NCBI RefSeq assembly: GCF_006345805.1 | Contig: NC_043008.1 | Span: 47,988,001 to 48,052,000 of the forward strand | Source: Octopus sinensis | Lineage: Eukaryota | DNA: 64,000 nucleotides | Direction: 5' to 3' | In this document: positions 40,185 to 54,775 of the stretch, in pieces | How positions within the stretch are numbered: the stretch's first letter is position 1 | How the letters are laid out: each line of letters opens with the position of its first letter | The notes under the pieces: generated by a model | Seen by the model: only the letters and a program-made list of their open reading frames with translations | What the model was told of the DNA's origin: nothing | Databases searched by the model: none | Position numbers and translations under genes: made by a program

Positions 40185-40650
40185 TGTGTGGCTGTATTTG
40201 TCCCCCACCGATGTAGGTGTGTTTACATCCCCGTAACTTACCGGTTCGGGAAAAGAGAGCGATAGAATAAGTAGTAGGCTTACAAAGAATAAGTCCTGGG
40301 GTCGACTCGTTCTACTAATGGCGGTGCTCCAGCATGGCCACAGTCAAATGACTGAAACCCGTAAAAGAATAAAGAATATGTGTGTGTGCGCGTATGTGTG
40401 AGTGTGTGTGCGTGTGTGTGCGTGTGTGTGTGTGTGTGCCTTTGTGAACTGCCTTTGTCCCCTTACCACTGCTTGTCCACCAATGTTGGTGGGTTTACGT
40501 CCCGTAACTTAGCGGTTTGGCAACAGAATAGATCGATAGAATAAGTAATAGGCTTGACAAACAATAAATACTGGGATTGGTTCATTCGAGTAAAAATTCT
40601 TCAAAGCAGCGCCCCAGCATGGCCGCAGTCAAAAAAAAAACATAAAAGAT
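40185..40650 (+). mobile_element. Two consecutive SINE family 1 3' bodies separated by (TG)n
   Basis: 40185-40378 and 40440-40650 both contain ccccgtaactta.cggtt...gatagaataagta...cagcatggcc.cagtca. Confidence 0.85.
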
Positions 40651-40673
40651 AAATGCACCTATTTAATTATGCT

Positions 40674-40962
40674 GTTCTATATTTAAGAGATGAGGAATTG
40701 TTTACATTATTGACATTATTTACATTTGACTGATATTTGTCCTCATCTTGTTTGTTGTTAACACAGCGTTTCCACTGATATACACTCCAGACTTCTTCAG
40801 GTGTCTTGCAGAAATTTACATCGAAAAATACCTTAGAAATGAGAACCAAGGTTCGAAATTTCCCCAAGACACCTAATGAAGTCTGAAGGGTATATCAACG
40901 GAAACATTGTGTTAACAGCAAACAAGATGAGGACAAATATCCGTCAAATGTAAATAATGTAT
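40674..40962. mobile_element. Divergent inverted pair of F5 pLTR-like elements with degenerate HHRs (40761-40804 minus; 40869-40912 plus)
   Basis: The arms are reverse complements and match 32935-33118. Cores are CUGAAGA...GAAACGCU and CUAAUGA...GAAACAUU. Confidence 0.7.
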
Positions 40963-41949
40963 TATTTAATTATGTAAACAAGAAAGAGATTTCCCTTCAG
41001 ACATGTTTCCTTCTTTTGTAGCCAGCATCTCCCATATTTCCTTATTAGGTGTTGACGTTTAGGGTTCAGCAACAGCGCCCCTCGATATATTATTCGGTTT
41101 ACGGTTCCAGATCTGAACATTCCATTCCTCACAATAAAGTATCGGCAATAATAACGATTCTTCGCGCGTTTTCCATTGAGTCGCCAGTAATCATGGGAAT
41201 TCTGTCACAACTGGTGAAAGCATCAACGTTGCAGATAAGAATTTCACAGCGTTAACTTCTGATAAGCGTCTTCATGTAATTCACTTCTGGCATGCTTTGA
41301 TGTCGATTAGTGGTTTGTCTCTTTCAAATTCAACTTAAAGAATTCACTTTGAAATGTGAAGAGTCCTTCGATAAAATAAATCAGACGCAAGCAAACTAGC
41401 TTCTTTAATATATTTACCAAACTTTCCTCCTTTCTCACTCTCCCTCCCATTCTCTCATATCATAAAGCTGTTTCTGTTCACATGTGTATAATTGTGTGTG
41501 GGGGGGGGGATATGGATAAAACTGTGCAATTATGAGTAAGTAGAGAACGACTATTCTTTCAAATGTGATAAAAAGTAAAGAACTGTCTCCAACTTTTATC
41601 TTATTTATAGAGAATTGTCCATATTTCCTCATTAGTTCTTTAGGTTTGGTCTGGAACAAAAACCTTCCGAAATCCATTAGTCTGGATCGCAGCCAATACG
41701 CTCTTTACAGACGTTTATTTTGAAAATAGATTGTGAAAGTTTCGAAGAGTCAGACAAATGGATTCAGTAAGATTAAAGTTCCAAACCAAAATGAAATGGT
41801 TTCTGAGAAGATGCGAAAAACCCTTCATAAAAGAATGTTGAGGAACATTAACGGTTCGTGTATTTATACATGTGTATATAATATATATATATATATATAT
41901 AATATAATATATATATATATATATAGTCGTGTTTGTGTGTGTGTATCAT

Positions 41950-42168
41950 CTATTATTCTTTTACTTGTTTCAGTCATTTGACTACGGCAATGCTGGGGCA
42001 CCGCCTTGAAGAATATTAGTTGAACGAATTGACCCCAGGACTTACCATTTTTATAAAGCCTATCGGTCTATCTTTTACAGATACGCTAAGTTAGGAGGAC
42101 GTAAACACACCAACACCGGTTATCACGCGACAGTGTGGGACAAACACAGTCGCAAAAACACATACACC

Positions 42169-42249
<81 letters not shown>

Positions 42250-42398
42250 GCAGGTTTCTTTCAGTTTCCGTGTACCAAATCCGCCTACAAGTATTTGGTC
42301 ACCTGAGACTATAGTGCCCAATGTGTCACGCAGTGGAACCGATCCGGGAACCATGTAGCTAGGAAGCAAACTTCTTACCACGCAGCCACGTCTGCGCC
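41950..42398 (-). mobile_element. Full-length SINE family 1 with internal (TA)n
   Basis: Head at 42250-42398, (TA)n at about 42170-42247, body at 41950-42165. Confidence 0.85.
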
Positions 42399-44174
42399 CA
42401 TGCATGCATCTTCTGTTTTGAACGATTTCAACTCTTCCTCTGAGGAAGGAACTGGTTTCTATCAAAGATACAAAGCTCCGTCGACGGAACGGAGGTAACA
42501 AAAAGCAATGTTGCATTTTAAATTTGAGAAAAGTCTCGCATATTATTAGCGTTCCGCTTATAAATGGTATTTGTAATATGCGAGTTAATTAGTTCGTTTC
42601 TTTTCCTGAAAACCCTAGCTTCTCCAGATGTCATGTGTATGTGTGTCTGTATCTGTGTGTGTATGTGTGTGTGCATGCGTGCGTGTATTCTCATGTATGC
42701 GAGACCATGTGTGTTTGCATATGTATATGACCGAGTTTGAGAATGCAGCACGACTATATATAATTATTTACACCTCTGTGTGTGTCTATCTGTGAATAAT
42801 TATATTAGTAAAGTGTTACAGAGTCTTTGAAACTGCTACTTTACGTGGTATTACGAAGAAACTCAGGTAATAGCTTTAGGACAATTCACTAAAATTCTTC
42901 TCTTAAATAACTCTGCGACTATGAGCTGCCATGAAACTGCTTTTTATTGTCATTTCTTCGTTACAGACAAAAACTTCTCTTAATAAGATTTGTCAAGAAA
43001 GATTTCCATTCCGTCCTAATATTGTCAAGATTAATGCTCCTAGAAAACATTTTCAAATGGCTTCTATCTTCTCTATTAGCATTCTACAACTGCATATTTC
43101 TACCATTTCTGTTGATTCTATCGTTCACCCGTTTCTTTGAACGTTTTGGGGGCTATTTTATATGTTTTTATTCGATTTAAGCATCATTTCCTTTCAACCC
43201 CAACAAATATTCACAACAGACTTATAAACTTCCTTTAACTAATCACTTTTTTCTTGTTTTTTTGTTTCTTTGTTTTTTCCTCATTAACGTTTTTTTCCGT
43301 TTATTTGTTTGACTCAGCTGATTATTTTTTAGGCTTTCCATTTATGCAAAGAAGAAATATTAGAGAACTACTTGGCTATAAGCTTTAAATTGAATAAAAA
43401 ATAGCCGTCTTTTTCTGTCTTCCTGGAAACGTGTTTCTGGTCGCAGAATCAAAGAAAATTTATGGTAAGCTTCAAATTATTTCTGTTAATCTGACAGCTG
43501 TCAGGCAACTGAAATTGGATCTATCACTTCCACTGGCATTTTTCGACGTGTGTTCTTTATGTTATTAAAAAATATATATATTTGAAGTTCCAATTTCAAA
43601 TTTAAACCACACATCCACCTCAAATAAACATTTTCACGCAATTTTTACTGGAATTGGATCTATAGTTCTCTTCTCGTTACGACGAGGAACCAAACCTGAA
43701 CAATGGACACAAACTTGTTTTGTTGTTTAGGGAGCAAACAGAGCTAAATGCTAAAACTTTTGTACCAGGGTTCAGATCTTTGAAAGTCGACTTTAAACTC
43801 TGTCAATCTTTAATCGACAAAATAATCTTCGAGGCGATTTAAAGCTAGACAAAAAGGGAACAAAAAGACAGTATTTTCCTGTTTCTACGACTCTGTGACA
43901 TTTCGTCGGAGACAATATTGTTCCCAGTAATATCCAGGAGTAGATTTTATTTACTAAACTGTTTTCTCTGAAGAAAATTAGCTTTGCACAACATCGAATC
44001 CATTGATGTCTCTTTTGTTATTACATAAATATAAGAAAAAGTTTGTTAAAATGAATGAAGTCATCTTGGGAAAGAGAAAAACTCCGACGGTTGATGATCA
44101 GAAGCATTATTGAAGGAGGGAAATAAAATAGGCTGTTTATATACGTAAGTGATGCATGCATGTATGTATATAGT

Positions 44175-44775
44175 AGGTAGGTAGGTAGGTATGTAGGAGG
44201 TAGGTAGGTAGGTAGGTAGGTAGGTAGGTAGGAGGTAGGTAGGTTGGTAGGTAGGTAGGTAGGTAGGTAGGTAGGTAGGTAGGTAGGTAGGTAGGTAGGT
44301 AGGTAGGTGGGTAGGTAGGCTGGTAGGTTGGTAGGTACGTAGGTACGTACGTACGTACGTAGGTGGGTAGGTTGGTTGGTAGATAGGTAGGTAGGTAGGT
44401 AGGTAGGTACGTACGTAGGTACGTAGGTACGTAGGTACGTAGGTGGGTAGGTAGGTTGGTAGGTAGGTAGGTAGGTGGTAGGTACGTAGGTACGTAGGTA
44501 CGTAGGTACGTAGGTGGGTAGGTAGGTTGGTAGGTAGGTACGTAGGTGGGTAGGTAGCTAGGTAGCTAGGTAGCTAGGAAGATAGGTACGTAGGTACGTA
44601 GGTACGTAGGTACGTAGGTACGTAGGTACGTAGGACGTAGGTAGGTAGGTAGGTAGGTAGGTAGGTAGGTAGGTAGGTAGGTAGGTAGGTAGTTAGGTAG
44701 GTAGGTAGGTAGGTAGGTAGGTAGGTAGGTAGGTAGGTAGGTAGGTAGGTAGATTAGCAGGTAGGTATAGGTGGG
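44175..44775. repeat. (AGGT)n microsatellite with (AGGTACGT)n sub-arrays
   Basis: Direct reading. Confidence 0.95.
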
Positions 44776-44918
44776 TAGATGCGTGAAGTAGTAATGAAAA
44801 CAGAAAAGTATACAAACAAGGGAAAAGTTTTCACAAATTCAAATATCTTTTCGACACATTTGAACTTGTGTCAAGTTTGTGTGTGTCTGTTTCTGGTTGT
44901 GTGTGTGTGTGTGTGTGT

Positions 44919-44951
<33 letters not shown>

Positions 44952-45764
44952 CAAATACAAACAAGTATGTATGATATGTCGTTATTATAAATTAATTTTG
45001 ATGCTAGTCGTGAAAAGGGAAAATAATATTGTTTTCACAAGAAACCAAAGTGGCGCCAATAATTCTGAATGAGTGTGTTTGTGTGTATGTGCGTGTGTGT
45101 GGAAGCATTTGAGAATAAATGACCGTAAGTATATGTATGAATGTATGTTTATATATATATATATGTATATATCTATGAAAGTGTATGCATATGTGTGCGT
45201 GTGCGCGCGCGTATGTATGTACAGGTTACATTGGCCTTAGGGCATGCAATTTAAGGTAAGATTGACTTCTCCTCTACACCCTGCTGATCAGTTCAATAAG
45301 TTTCAATGGTTTTGTACTCAACCACTTAAGCAAGAAGATTGCAAATTCATTAGGGACGGGGTTGAAATTGAATTTTGTGACGTCAATATGTTTCACTAAA
45401 GCTTTTCTCGGAACTGATGAAAATATATCGACTTTTCAAGACGAATCGCAACCAATATTCGCAGTCTAACACTAAATAACATTTATTTTTAAACAAATCA
45501 TAATTTATTTCAAACTAAACTTCAAAAACATTTGTTTTATATATTAATTGATCGTTCACGCCTTATGTACGAGTATTAATTGCATTAATGAGTAAATGAG
45601 ATTAGATTCTTCCATATACAAATCGAAACGGCAGATTGCTCGGTCTTTCTTTTATCGCAGATAATTTTCTAAAACTAAATCTATAAAACAACGGAATTAA
45701 GTCTTGACAGATCTTATCAAATTTTATTCACGTTTAAAATATTACTATAACATTTTTGCACAAG

Positions 45765-45940
45765 GCCAGCAATATAGGGATTACATCGATCTCAGTGTTT
45801 AACTGGTACTTCTGTTATCGACCCCGAGAACATGAAGGGCAAAGTTGACCTTGGTGGAATTTGAACTCAGACCGTAAAGATGCACAAAATGTCGTTAAGT
45901 ATTTTTTCCGGCGTGTTAATCCTTCTGCCAACTCGCCGCC
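45765..45940 (-). mobile_element. SINE family 2
   Basis: Same core and head as 33536-33692. Confidence 0.8.
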
Positions 45941-46500
45941 TTTTTACCCTCGAAAATATTAAAGTTGCAATTTTATTCAGAAACTTCTTGCTTTGGATCT
46001 ACTTCATTTGTAAATCGAAAACATTATTTTGTCTGATACCCATTTTACATAAAACTACGTAGAAATCGTCTGCGTTTATCCAATGTCTTTCATGGTCGTA
46101 CTTTAAATTCGAAGGTGTGTATGATTCGCGATCCAAACCTTAGCCCCCATCGTTACCTTACTTTACGGGTATTTTAGCAGAGCCAGCGAAGAGATTATGT
46201 GTGGCCGCTAAACCAGCTAGAAACAACAGCTAAGTGTTCGTCAATTCACATTTTATAGTCGCTAAATGAGGACAGAACAAATTAAACATGTCGCCACTCA
46301 AAGGCAGGATAATCATGGTTGAAACAGCTTTACTTAAATGAGCTGCTCGAGAAGGAGGGACCTGCAACCAAATAACAACAATAACTGGAACCGACTGCGT
46401 CGAGACCATATTTAAAGGAAGATAAATCTGACACACATCCCGCCAACAGGATGTGAACTTAGGAAAGGATGGCACTAAATACCACAAGACAATCACTTCC

Positions 46501-46739
46501 ATAAAGTGATAGTATATTGTCAACTTAATGTGACAGTCCCATGAGAGGGAAGAATGCTACTGTTATTTAGCCCTAGGAAATACCGTTTCCTGTTGGACTT
46601 GTCTCTACTTTGAAAATATAAGGACACAGGAAACGTGTCAAGTCCAACAGGAAACGGTGTTTCCTAGGGCTAAATAACAGTAGCATTCTTCCCTTTCATG
46701 GGACTGTCACATTAAGTTGACAACATGCTATCACTTTAT
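46501..46739. repeat. Near-perfect 101-bp inverted repeat with 37-nt spacer
   Basis: 46501-46601 against the reverse complement of 46639-46739 shows 4 mismatches. Confidence 0.95.
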
Positions 46740-47049
46740 CGTGTTGCTACTGCATAAATCTCTCTGGGAGATTTAGAAATATGTTATTCCAATTACTTCC
46801 ATATTCTATAGTTTCAGACAACTGACCAATCAATCTACAAGAGTAATTAAAAAGACTGTACATAGTACTTTTAATTAATAGTAATTACTCTATCCTCCCC
46901 TGTATAGTTCGATGGCAGAAAATACGGTCGAGGGATTTGATCTCCCATGCATCAACGTCGGTGTTGCATGCGTTCTTATGTGCATGTGTGTACATGTTTA
47001 CATGTACTGTATGTCCACATGTGCATGCATACGTATGTGAGGATGTGTA

Positions 47050-47372
47050 CGGCAAGGGTCTGGCCTAGCATTCGACGACCAGTGTTGCAGTTCGATCGAC
47101 AGAACAGCCTACACGGGATATTCACGTGCAAGGGGCTGCGTACACCGCAGACGTGCGTAGTCTTAACGTAGTTAGTCAGGCGAATTCAGCATAAAAAATG
47201 TTCGGCAAGAACGCCCCCCCCCCTGAATTACAGGTACGACTCGTTTTTGCTAGTTGAGTGGACTGGAGCAACGGGAAATCAAGTGACTTGCTCAAAGACC
47301 AACGCACGGCCGGGAATCGAATTCACATCGTGAGCCGAATGCCCTAACCACTAAACCACACACTTTCACAAT
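47050..47372 (-). mobile_element. tRNA-derived SINE with CORE-like domain (family 3)
   Basis: Minus strand: tggtttagtggttaggg (A box), gaattcgattcccgg (B box), then ttgagcaagtcacttgatttcccgttgctccagtccactca. Confidence 0.75.
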
Positions 47373-47636
47373 GTGTATGGCCGTGCACATACCAGCACTT
47401 CCGTTATACAGTTCTGTATATTCCATCTTCAACGCACAACATTTCCCATACGCTTTCATCGCATTCACAACACGTGAATCTTCCTTTCAGATCGTCAGCT
47501 GACTCAGCCATACGACTGCAATGCGTTACGTATTCAACAACAACGCCATGTTGTTTTCGATGCTTATGCAAACTAAATCACATTTCACACACACACACAC
47601 ACACACTAAATACACTCACACGCACAAGTCACGTAC

Positions 47637-47669
<33 letters not shown>

Positions 47670-47686
47670 ATATATATATATTCATA

Positions 47687-47751
<65 letters not shown>

Positions 47752-48049
47752 TATATATATACGTATATACGTATATATATATATATATATATATACTCAA
47801 GTATTTGTAGCAAACAGTGAAACACTAAAAAGAAAATCATGTGTTATGCGTACGTGTGTATATAGGTGTAGATGTGTGTGTTGGTGTTTAGGTGTTTGTA
47901 TTTATGTACGTATTATGTTTATATATATGTATAGCATTATTTTTTCTTCCGGATCCTGTTGAATCTCCATTGAAGATCATTGCGTCCGATTCAGTGGACA
48001 TGAGCGTGAAACGATTGCAAGGGAGTAACAACAGCCACAACCCATACAT

Positions 48050-48143
<94 letters not shown>

Positions 48144-48242
48144 ATATACGTGTTCTGTGTAAGTATATATTTATTTATATATATATATATATATATGCGT
48201 ATTCGTGTGTGTGTATGCGTGTGTATCCATATATGTGTGTGA

Positions 48243-48308
<66 letters not shown>

Positions 48309-48431
48309 CCATGTATATCACTATATATATACGTATATGTATATATGCATACATGTGTGTGAGTGTGTGTATGTATATATATATATATGTATATATATAT
48401 ATGTTTTTATGTATATGACTACACATATACG

Positions 48432-48490
<59 letters not shown>

Positions 48491-48851
48491 GCATGCATGT
48501 GTGTGCGTGCGTGAGAATGCACCTTTGTGTTCATGTATGTATGAAAAAATAAAGGGTTTTATTGGTGCATATCTTTTTATTCCACCTCTCTCCAATCTTT
48601 TGCCCTTAAAGTGTGTACACATGTATTAATATATGCGTGCATGGCTGTGCATACATGTACGTTTGTGCATATATATATATACATACATACATATACATAT
48701 ATACTATATATATCTATATATATATATATATACATACATACATATACATATATATATATATATATATAATATATATATATATATACATACATATATGTAT
48801 ATATGTATGTATACGTATGCGTATATATGTGTATATATGTATATATGTATG

Positions 48852-48883
<32 letters not shown>

Positions 48884-51800
48884 TATATATATCATATATA
48901 TATTATATATATATTATTATATACACGTGCATACATAATATGCTCTAAGCTTCACCATCACTGCTGCCGCCGCCATCAACCACCTCATCATCGTCGTCAT
49001 GGTGATCGTCGTCGTCGTCGTCGTCGTCCTAACCCTCCTGCGCTTTATCTTTCCCTCACATTGTAAATCTCTGTTTCCACGTGACCATATCTCATTCAGC
49101 AACAACAAAACATGTTATTGGATAAATTTTCTGGTTTACTTTATCTTTTTTTTTTTTTTTTTCGCAGCGATAATCCTAATCTGGAGGAATATATGCGTAA
49201 ATTCCTTCTGATAACACTGATGTTATCAATTTACCGATTGTGGTTGAAAATATCTGTAATCACTTCCTAAATCTTCGCATGTTCGATACTCAGGGAGTTC
49301 TGAAATCGAAAATTATTGTTGTTATTGCTACTGTTGAAATCCGTTGTTTTTGTTGCTAACGTTTCCGGCTAAAAATATTGAAAATTTTGTCCTAAATATA
49401 AACAAGATTTTTATGGAGAGGAAATGAGGGAGTTGTGACGTTCATGCTTTTTCTTTAAGACATTAGTGGTGTAATTAAAGGAAATTATTTTTCCTCTCAT
49501 GGGAATTGAAACCGTATTACGGTGTTGACTCGCTTCGCTCAAGATTTATACACATTTGACCGCTCGACAATTTGACAAAATTCACTGGGACCCACGATGT
49601 CTAGAAACCGATGCTTGCCTCCGTTCTGCACGAAGGAGCGGGAATAATGGATATCAAGTGTTGCAATTTTTTCGATGTAAAACAGAACTCAATAAATCAG
49701 GCAATCTCTTATCAAATGTACAGGATAATCACAATTTTGGTGGTAGTTTGTGGGGGCTGGATCCCTAATTTTACAGTGTCATCGACTAAGAAGCCAGGGG
49801 AGATGGTTAGGCATTTTATGTTTTAAAGACGTTTCTTCAAACCGCTTTCTAACAGTTTGTCATTTGATATTTTATTATAAAATTTAGATATACAAAGGTC
49901 ATTCCAATCGGTCAGGGAACAGGGAGGCGGTGTATGCAATGGTGTTAGCACCCCGCGAGAGTCCAGCTGACCCATGTCAAACTAAAGAAGCAACAGATAG
50001 AGAATTAACTAAGACACTGAATGCAGAGTCCCCCGAGGAACAAATTAACTGAGGGTGAGGAACTATCGCCATTGCATGGGTTGCCTTCTCAAGGAGACTC
50101 AAGGGCAGTTGAGGCCAGAGATTTACAGGAAACTAGGAACTGCAACGATATGGCCATCAAGAGGGACAATGTCACCCGGATATTATCTGAGACGAAGCTA
50201 ATCCTGAAAAGTTGGGAAAAGATGCGCACCTTAATTCAGTGAATTAATAAGAACTGGTTGTCATGAATTTACTCCAGCGGAGCACTTCTGTCTCACAAGG
50301 AAGAGACAGCTCCATTACTGCGACGAAATACAGTCTTTGTTGACTTGGCGACCGATCTCCCTGTGCTTTCGAGAACCAATAGGAAAATTACTTACTTGAA
50401 AATAGATGAGGATTTGCAACACGAAGAGGCATTCGGCTGTAAAATGCTGCCTAAATGAGCCCACATTCGACTTCATACCACAATGATAAAACGGACGTGA
50501 AACGAGCGAATTTGTGGAAACACGGAATGACTATACAGTCAAATAGTTTATGATAAAGACACGATTCTGTTCGTTTTTACCAAAGAATTTATTTATTTCA
50601 TTATAGTTTTGTATTTATTCTGAGAAAATAGCTTTCCAAGGACTGTCAGTGTTTCAAGACCTCGATCTCATTATCAGAATAAAATAATAGTATTATTGGT
50701 ATGTTTTTTTGCGTGATTTGCTGCAGTGAACCAGGGGAATACTATTACAGCTAATACAATCTTTGGCAGCCGGTTTCAATTTATTCCCTGCTTTCTTCCT
50801 TTTTGCTTCTTTTTTATTCACTTCTTCCTTCACAGTTTGTTGCACGTAGGATATATTTGTGCTGGGCTTTTTTTCTTTTTTTTCTTTGGTAATAAAGGTT
50901 CCAACCACTTTCCACGGAATTCTATATAGGAAAGCAGCGCTAACAACGAATGTTCTTGACCTTCCATATTGATCACTGCAACACATTTTTATATCGTATG
51001 AAGAACAACATTCATAGCAACGTCATGCTATGTCGAATTCCAAGTTAATAATTAGTCGATAGCAATACCATGATACGTAGGCCTTTGCACCCGAAATACA
51101 AAGGTTTTATAAAGTTTCTGCATTGTTAGAATCTGTCCTTATTTCTCAATTCATTCATTATTCTACTTCTATATTACAATGCTTCAAGCGAACTACGACG
51201 CTCTTCTTTCATTATATGTAGAATGCAACAAGAAAATAAAGCACAAGATTAAATATGGAAGCGTTTTAGTAGCAAACTACAATATGAGATAGATGCAGGC
51301 GTAGCCGATCGGATAAAAAGATCCGTTTTCAATCATGAGACCATGGTTTCGATCCTACATGAAAGCGTTGAGGGGCTCAAGTCTTTTAACATACACGTAA
51401 TATTAGGTGGAGAGTAAGTATGGAAGACTGTCGGGTGGACAGGGTATGGAAATACACGCTGTCGCTGTTGTTTAGCATGGGTGAAAGGAGGAGGTAGTTC
51501 AGGTAATTGAAGGGATATGGTTGGTGTATATGCATGTGTGTGTGTGTGCTCGCGCGCGCGTGTGTTTATATACAGTGCGGGAAAGAATGGGAGGCATGAT
51601 CATCATCATCATTACCATTATTATCATCATCAACAACAGCAGCAACAATATAGTCATTAACATTTAGAGATGATTGAATGTTCTATTCGGAAAATATTGC
51701 TTCAGGATGCCAAACTTCCGTTGGAGGTGAACCAATGTAATTTCAGAAAGTGTTTCAGACACAAAAATCTCGTTGGTTGAGTAAAAAAAAAGAAAACAAA

Positions 51801-52267
51801 CAAAAGCAATAAAGAGTTAAAGTATGAAGGAAATAAAACAATGAAAAGGGGAATAAGAAAAAAAGAATGAAAAAGAATGAAATAAAGAAACATTTCAGAA
51901 CGAAAATCAACATTTTATTATAAGGGTCATTCTTCTCTACACGCAATTACATATTCGCGCACGCACACGCACACACACATACATACACACTCATACACAC
52001 ACATACATACACACACACACATATATATAGACACACCTACACACAACTATATATTCGCGTACGCATACACACATGCACACACACACATACACACACATAC
52101 ATATATACATATATATATAAACAACTACATACATAAATAAATATATATATATACTTACACGCATATACATACGCATATATATGTATATACATATACACAT
52201 ATAATGTATAAGTGTATATTATTACATATAGACGGTAGATATACTAAAATGTATATGCATGTATATG

Positions 52268-52301
<34 letters not shown>

Positions 52302-52887
52302 ACATGCTTGAATTTAATATTTCTTTTATTTCATATCCGTTACAATCGTTTCTGAGATGTGGGTAATGTCAAAGAAGGAATTTAATGTGAAATACGGTAA
52401 AGTGTCGCGCACTAACGGCGCCCATTCCTGCTTACATACAGGCATGGATATGTACGTGTGTGTGTGTGCGTGTATGCGCGCGCACGTTTCTTCCAGTATC
52501 TTCGTATTTAAAACACAGTGGAGTTATACCGCGGCTGCGATGTTATGAAACGGATTTTCTCTATACAAAAGAATAAATTTTTGCATTCCAACCATTACAC
52601 CAAACACCACGTGGTTATCCAATAGTTTGATCTGCTTCTTGTCATCTGTGTTTATATTAATAACAATAATAAATGGCTTCACTATGGCGACTTGTTTGTG
52701 AAAAGCCTACAGAAGCCCAGTGACCCAGAATGACATACCGGGCGACATTTCGTCTTGGGTCGTAAATAAACTATTTTCTATTCATATTTTGCGTTGTTCG
52801 AATATTTTCAGTTGTTTAAACGTTGCCGTTTAATTCTCATGTGGATTGATGATTCATTGAGTTCCCTTGTGACATATGTCATTTGTA

Positions 52888-52942
<55 letters not shown>

Positions 52943-53014
52943 TACATATACATACATATATGTACATATATACATACATATATATATATTATATATATAT
53001 CTATATATATATAT

Positions 53015-53048
<34 letters not shown>

Positions 53049-53168
53049 AAACTGTACAATAATGTCATAATAGTATATATTCTCCGATAATACCATATAT
53101 ATATGTATATATATGTATACATATATACATATATACATATGTACATACATATCTATACACACACACAC

Positions 53169-53244
<76 letters not shown>

Positions 53245-53972
53245 TTATATACATATCTATCTATATATATATATATATATATATATACATACACACATAT
53301 ATATAAATATATATATGTATATATATATATACACACGCACACATACAGATAAACACTCGTACAAACAAATGTACACAAACACACGCATACGCAGCCATAA
53401 ACTCACCATACTATCACACACGCATTTATATACACTTGTGCATTCATGGTCTGAGCGTGTGTATGTATATGAACCTATCTGTCTTTATATGTATGTGTTT
53501 GTTCATGTGTGTGTATGTGTGTGTGCGTGTGCGTGTGCGTGTGCGTGTGTGTGTGTGTGGTATGCAGAGAGCTGAGATACGAAATATTCTAATTGGCATC
53601 AACATAGGTTTTAGCATCATTTAAAGACAGAAAATGTTTCTGCAATAAAATACACAGAAAATAAATTTTATGATGGCGTGTTGAAATAGGAAAAAATAGT
53701 TAATTTGAAAAGAATGTTTGTTTTGTTTTGTTTTCGTCGTCAATATCGATGTAAAGAGGTTTGTATGAAGAATTCTGTGGAAGATTCACAAATTAAGTTT
53801 CAGGTTGTTTTTGGCGGTTAACTTGTCGAGGTTTGTTGTTATATTTGAGCGATGTGTGCTTGTCTGTTCGCGTGTCCTTGTTCGATCTTCCTCGGACACT
53901 CGATGAATGGCTGTTATGACAAAATGGACTTCGCCATTATTTATGCTAAATAAATGGGAAGAATACATTTCA

Positions 53973-54146
53973 ATATTTAAGAGATGAGGAATTATGTACA
54001 TTATTTACATTGTTTACATTCGACGGATATTTGTCCTCATCTTGTTTGATATACCCACCCGAAGGCTGGAGGGTATATCAGCCGAAACGTTGTGTTAACA
54101 ACAAACAAGATGAGGACAAATATCCGTCGAATGTAAATAATGTAAA
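53973..54146. mobile_element. Divergent inverted pair of F5 elements with a partial HHR at 54061-54095
   Basis: Intact stem II GGCUG/CAGCC plus GAAACGUU GUGU, but CUGAU is lost at the inversion junction. Confidence 0.7.
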
Positions 54147-54349
54147 TGGGAAGAAGCTTGACTAATCATGGAGCTGGACATGGCACAGATATGGTGCAAG
54201 AACTCTTCTCCTGGTTCAATAGTTACAGAAACACAAGAATTTGCAACACCAACTCCAATAAACTATTTCTTAAATTAAACAAATGTTGCTGCTTCTTGTG
54301 GCCGAAAGTACGACCTAGCCATGACTCTTTGTCCTTTATCTTTTACAAG

Positions 54350-54528
54350 ATAGTCACAAGACTGCAGCGGCCATGCTGGAGCACCGCCTTGAAGAATCTT
54401 AGTCGAAGAATCTCAAACAAATCGACTACAGTACTTATTATTTAAAGCTTGGTGCTTATCTGTCTATTTCCTTGCCGAACCGCTAGGTTAAAACAGGGGC
54501 ATAAACACACACACACACACACGCACAC

Positions 54529-54618
<90 letters not shown>

Positions 54619-54775
54619 GCTTCTTTCAGTTTCCGTCTACCAAATCCACTCGCAAGGCCTTGGTTGGCCCGGGGCTACAGTAGAAGACACTTGCACAAGG
54701 TGCCTCACGATGAGACTGAACCTGGAACCATATCTTTGGGAAGCCAACTCCTTACCTCCCAGCCAAGCCTTATTA
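54350..54775 (-). mobile_element. Full-length SINE family 1 with internal (TG)n/(TA)n
   Basis: Head at 54612-54775, microsatellite at about 54505-54611, body at 54350-54500. Confidence 0.85.

Noticed and set aside
41090-41250. TIR-domain-like peptide on the minus strand (ICNVDAF...MENARRIVII)
   Set aside because: It is bounded by stops with no splice sites, and an overlapping frame gives an equally TIR-like word (LLLPILY), which indicates chance resemblance.
42435-42500. CTGAGGA-A-GGAACT...AGCTCC followed by the palindrome TCCGTCGACGGA
   Set aside because: Possibly a decayed HHR, but GAAA is absent and stem I is ambiguous.
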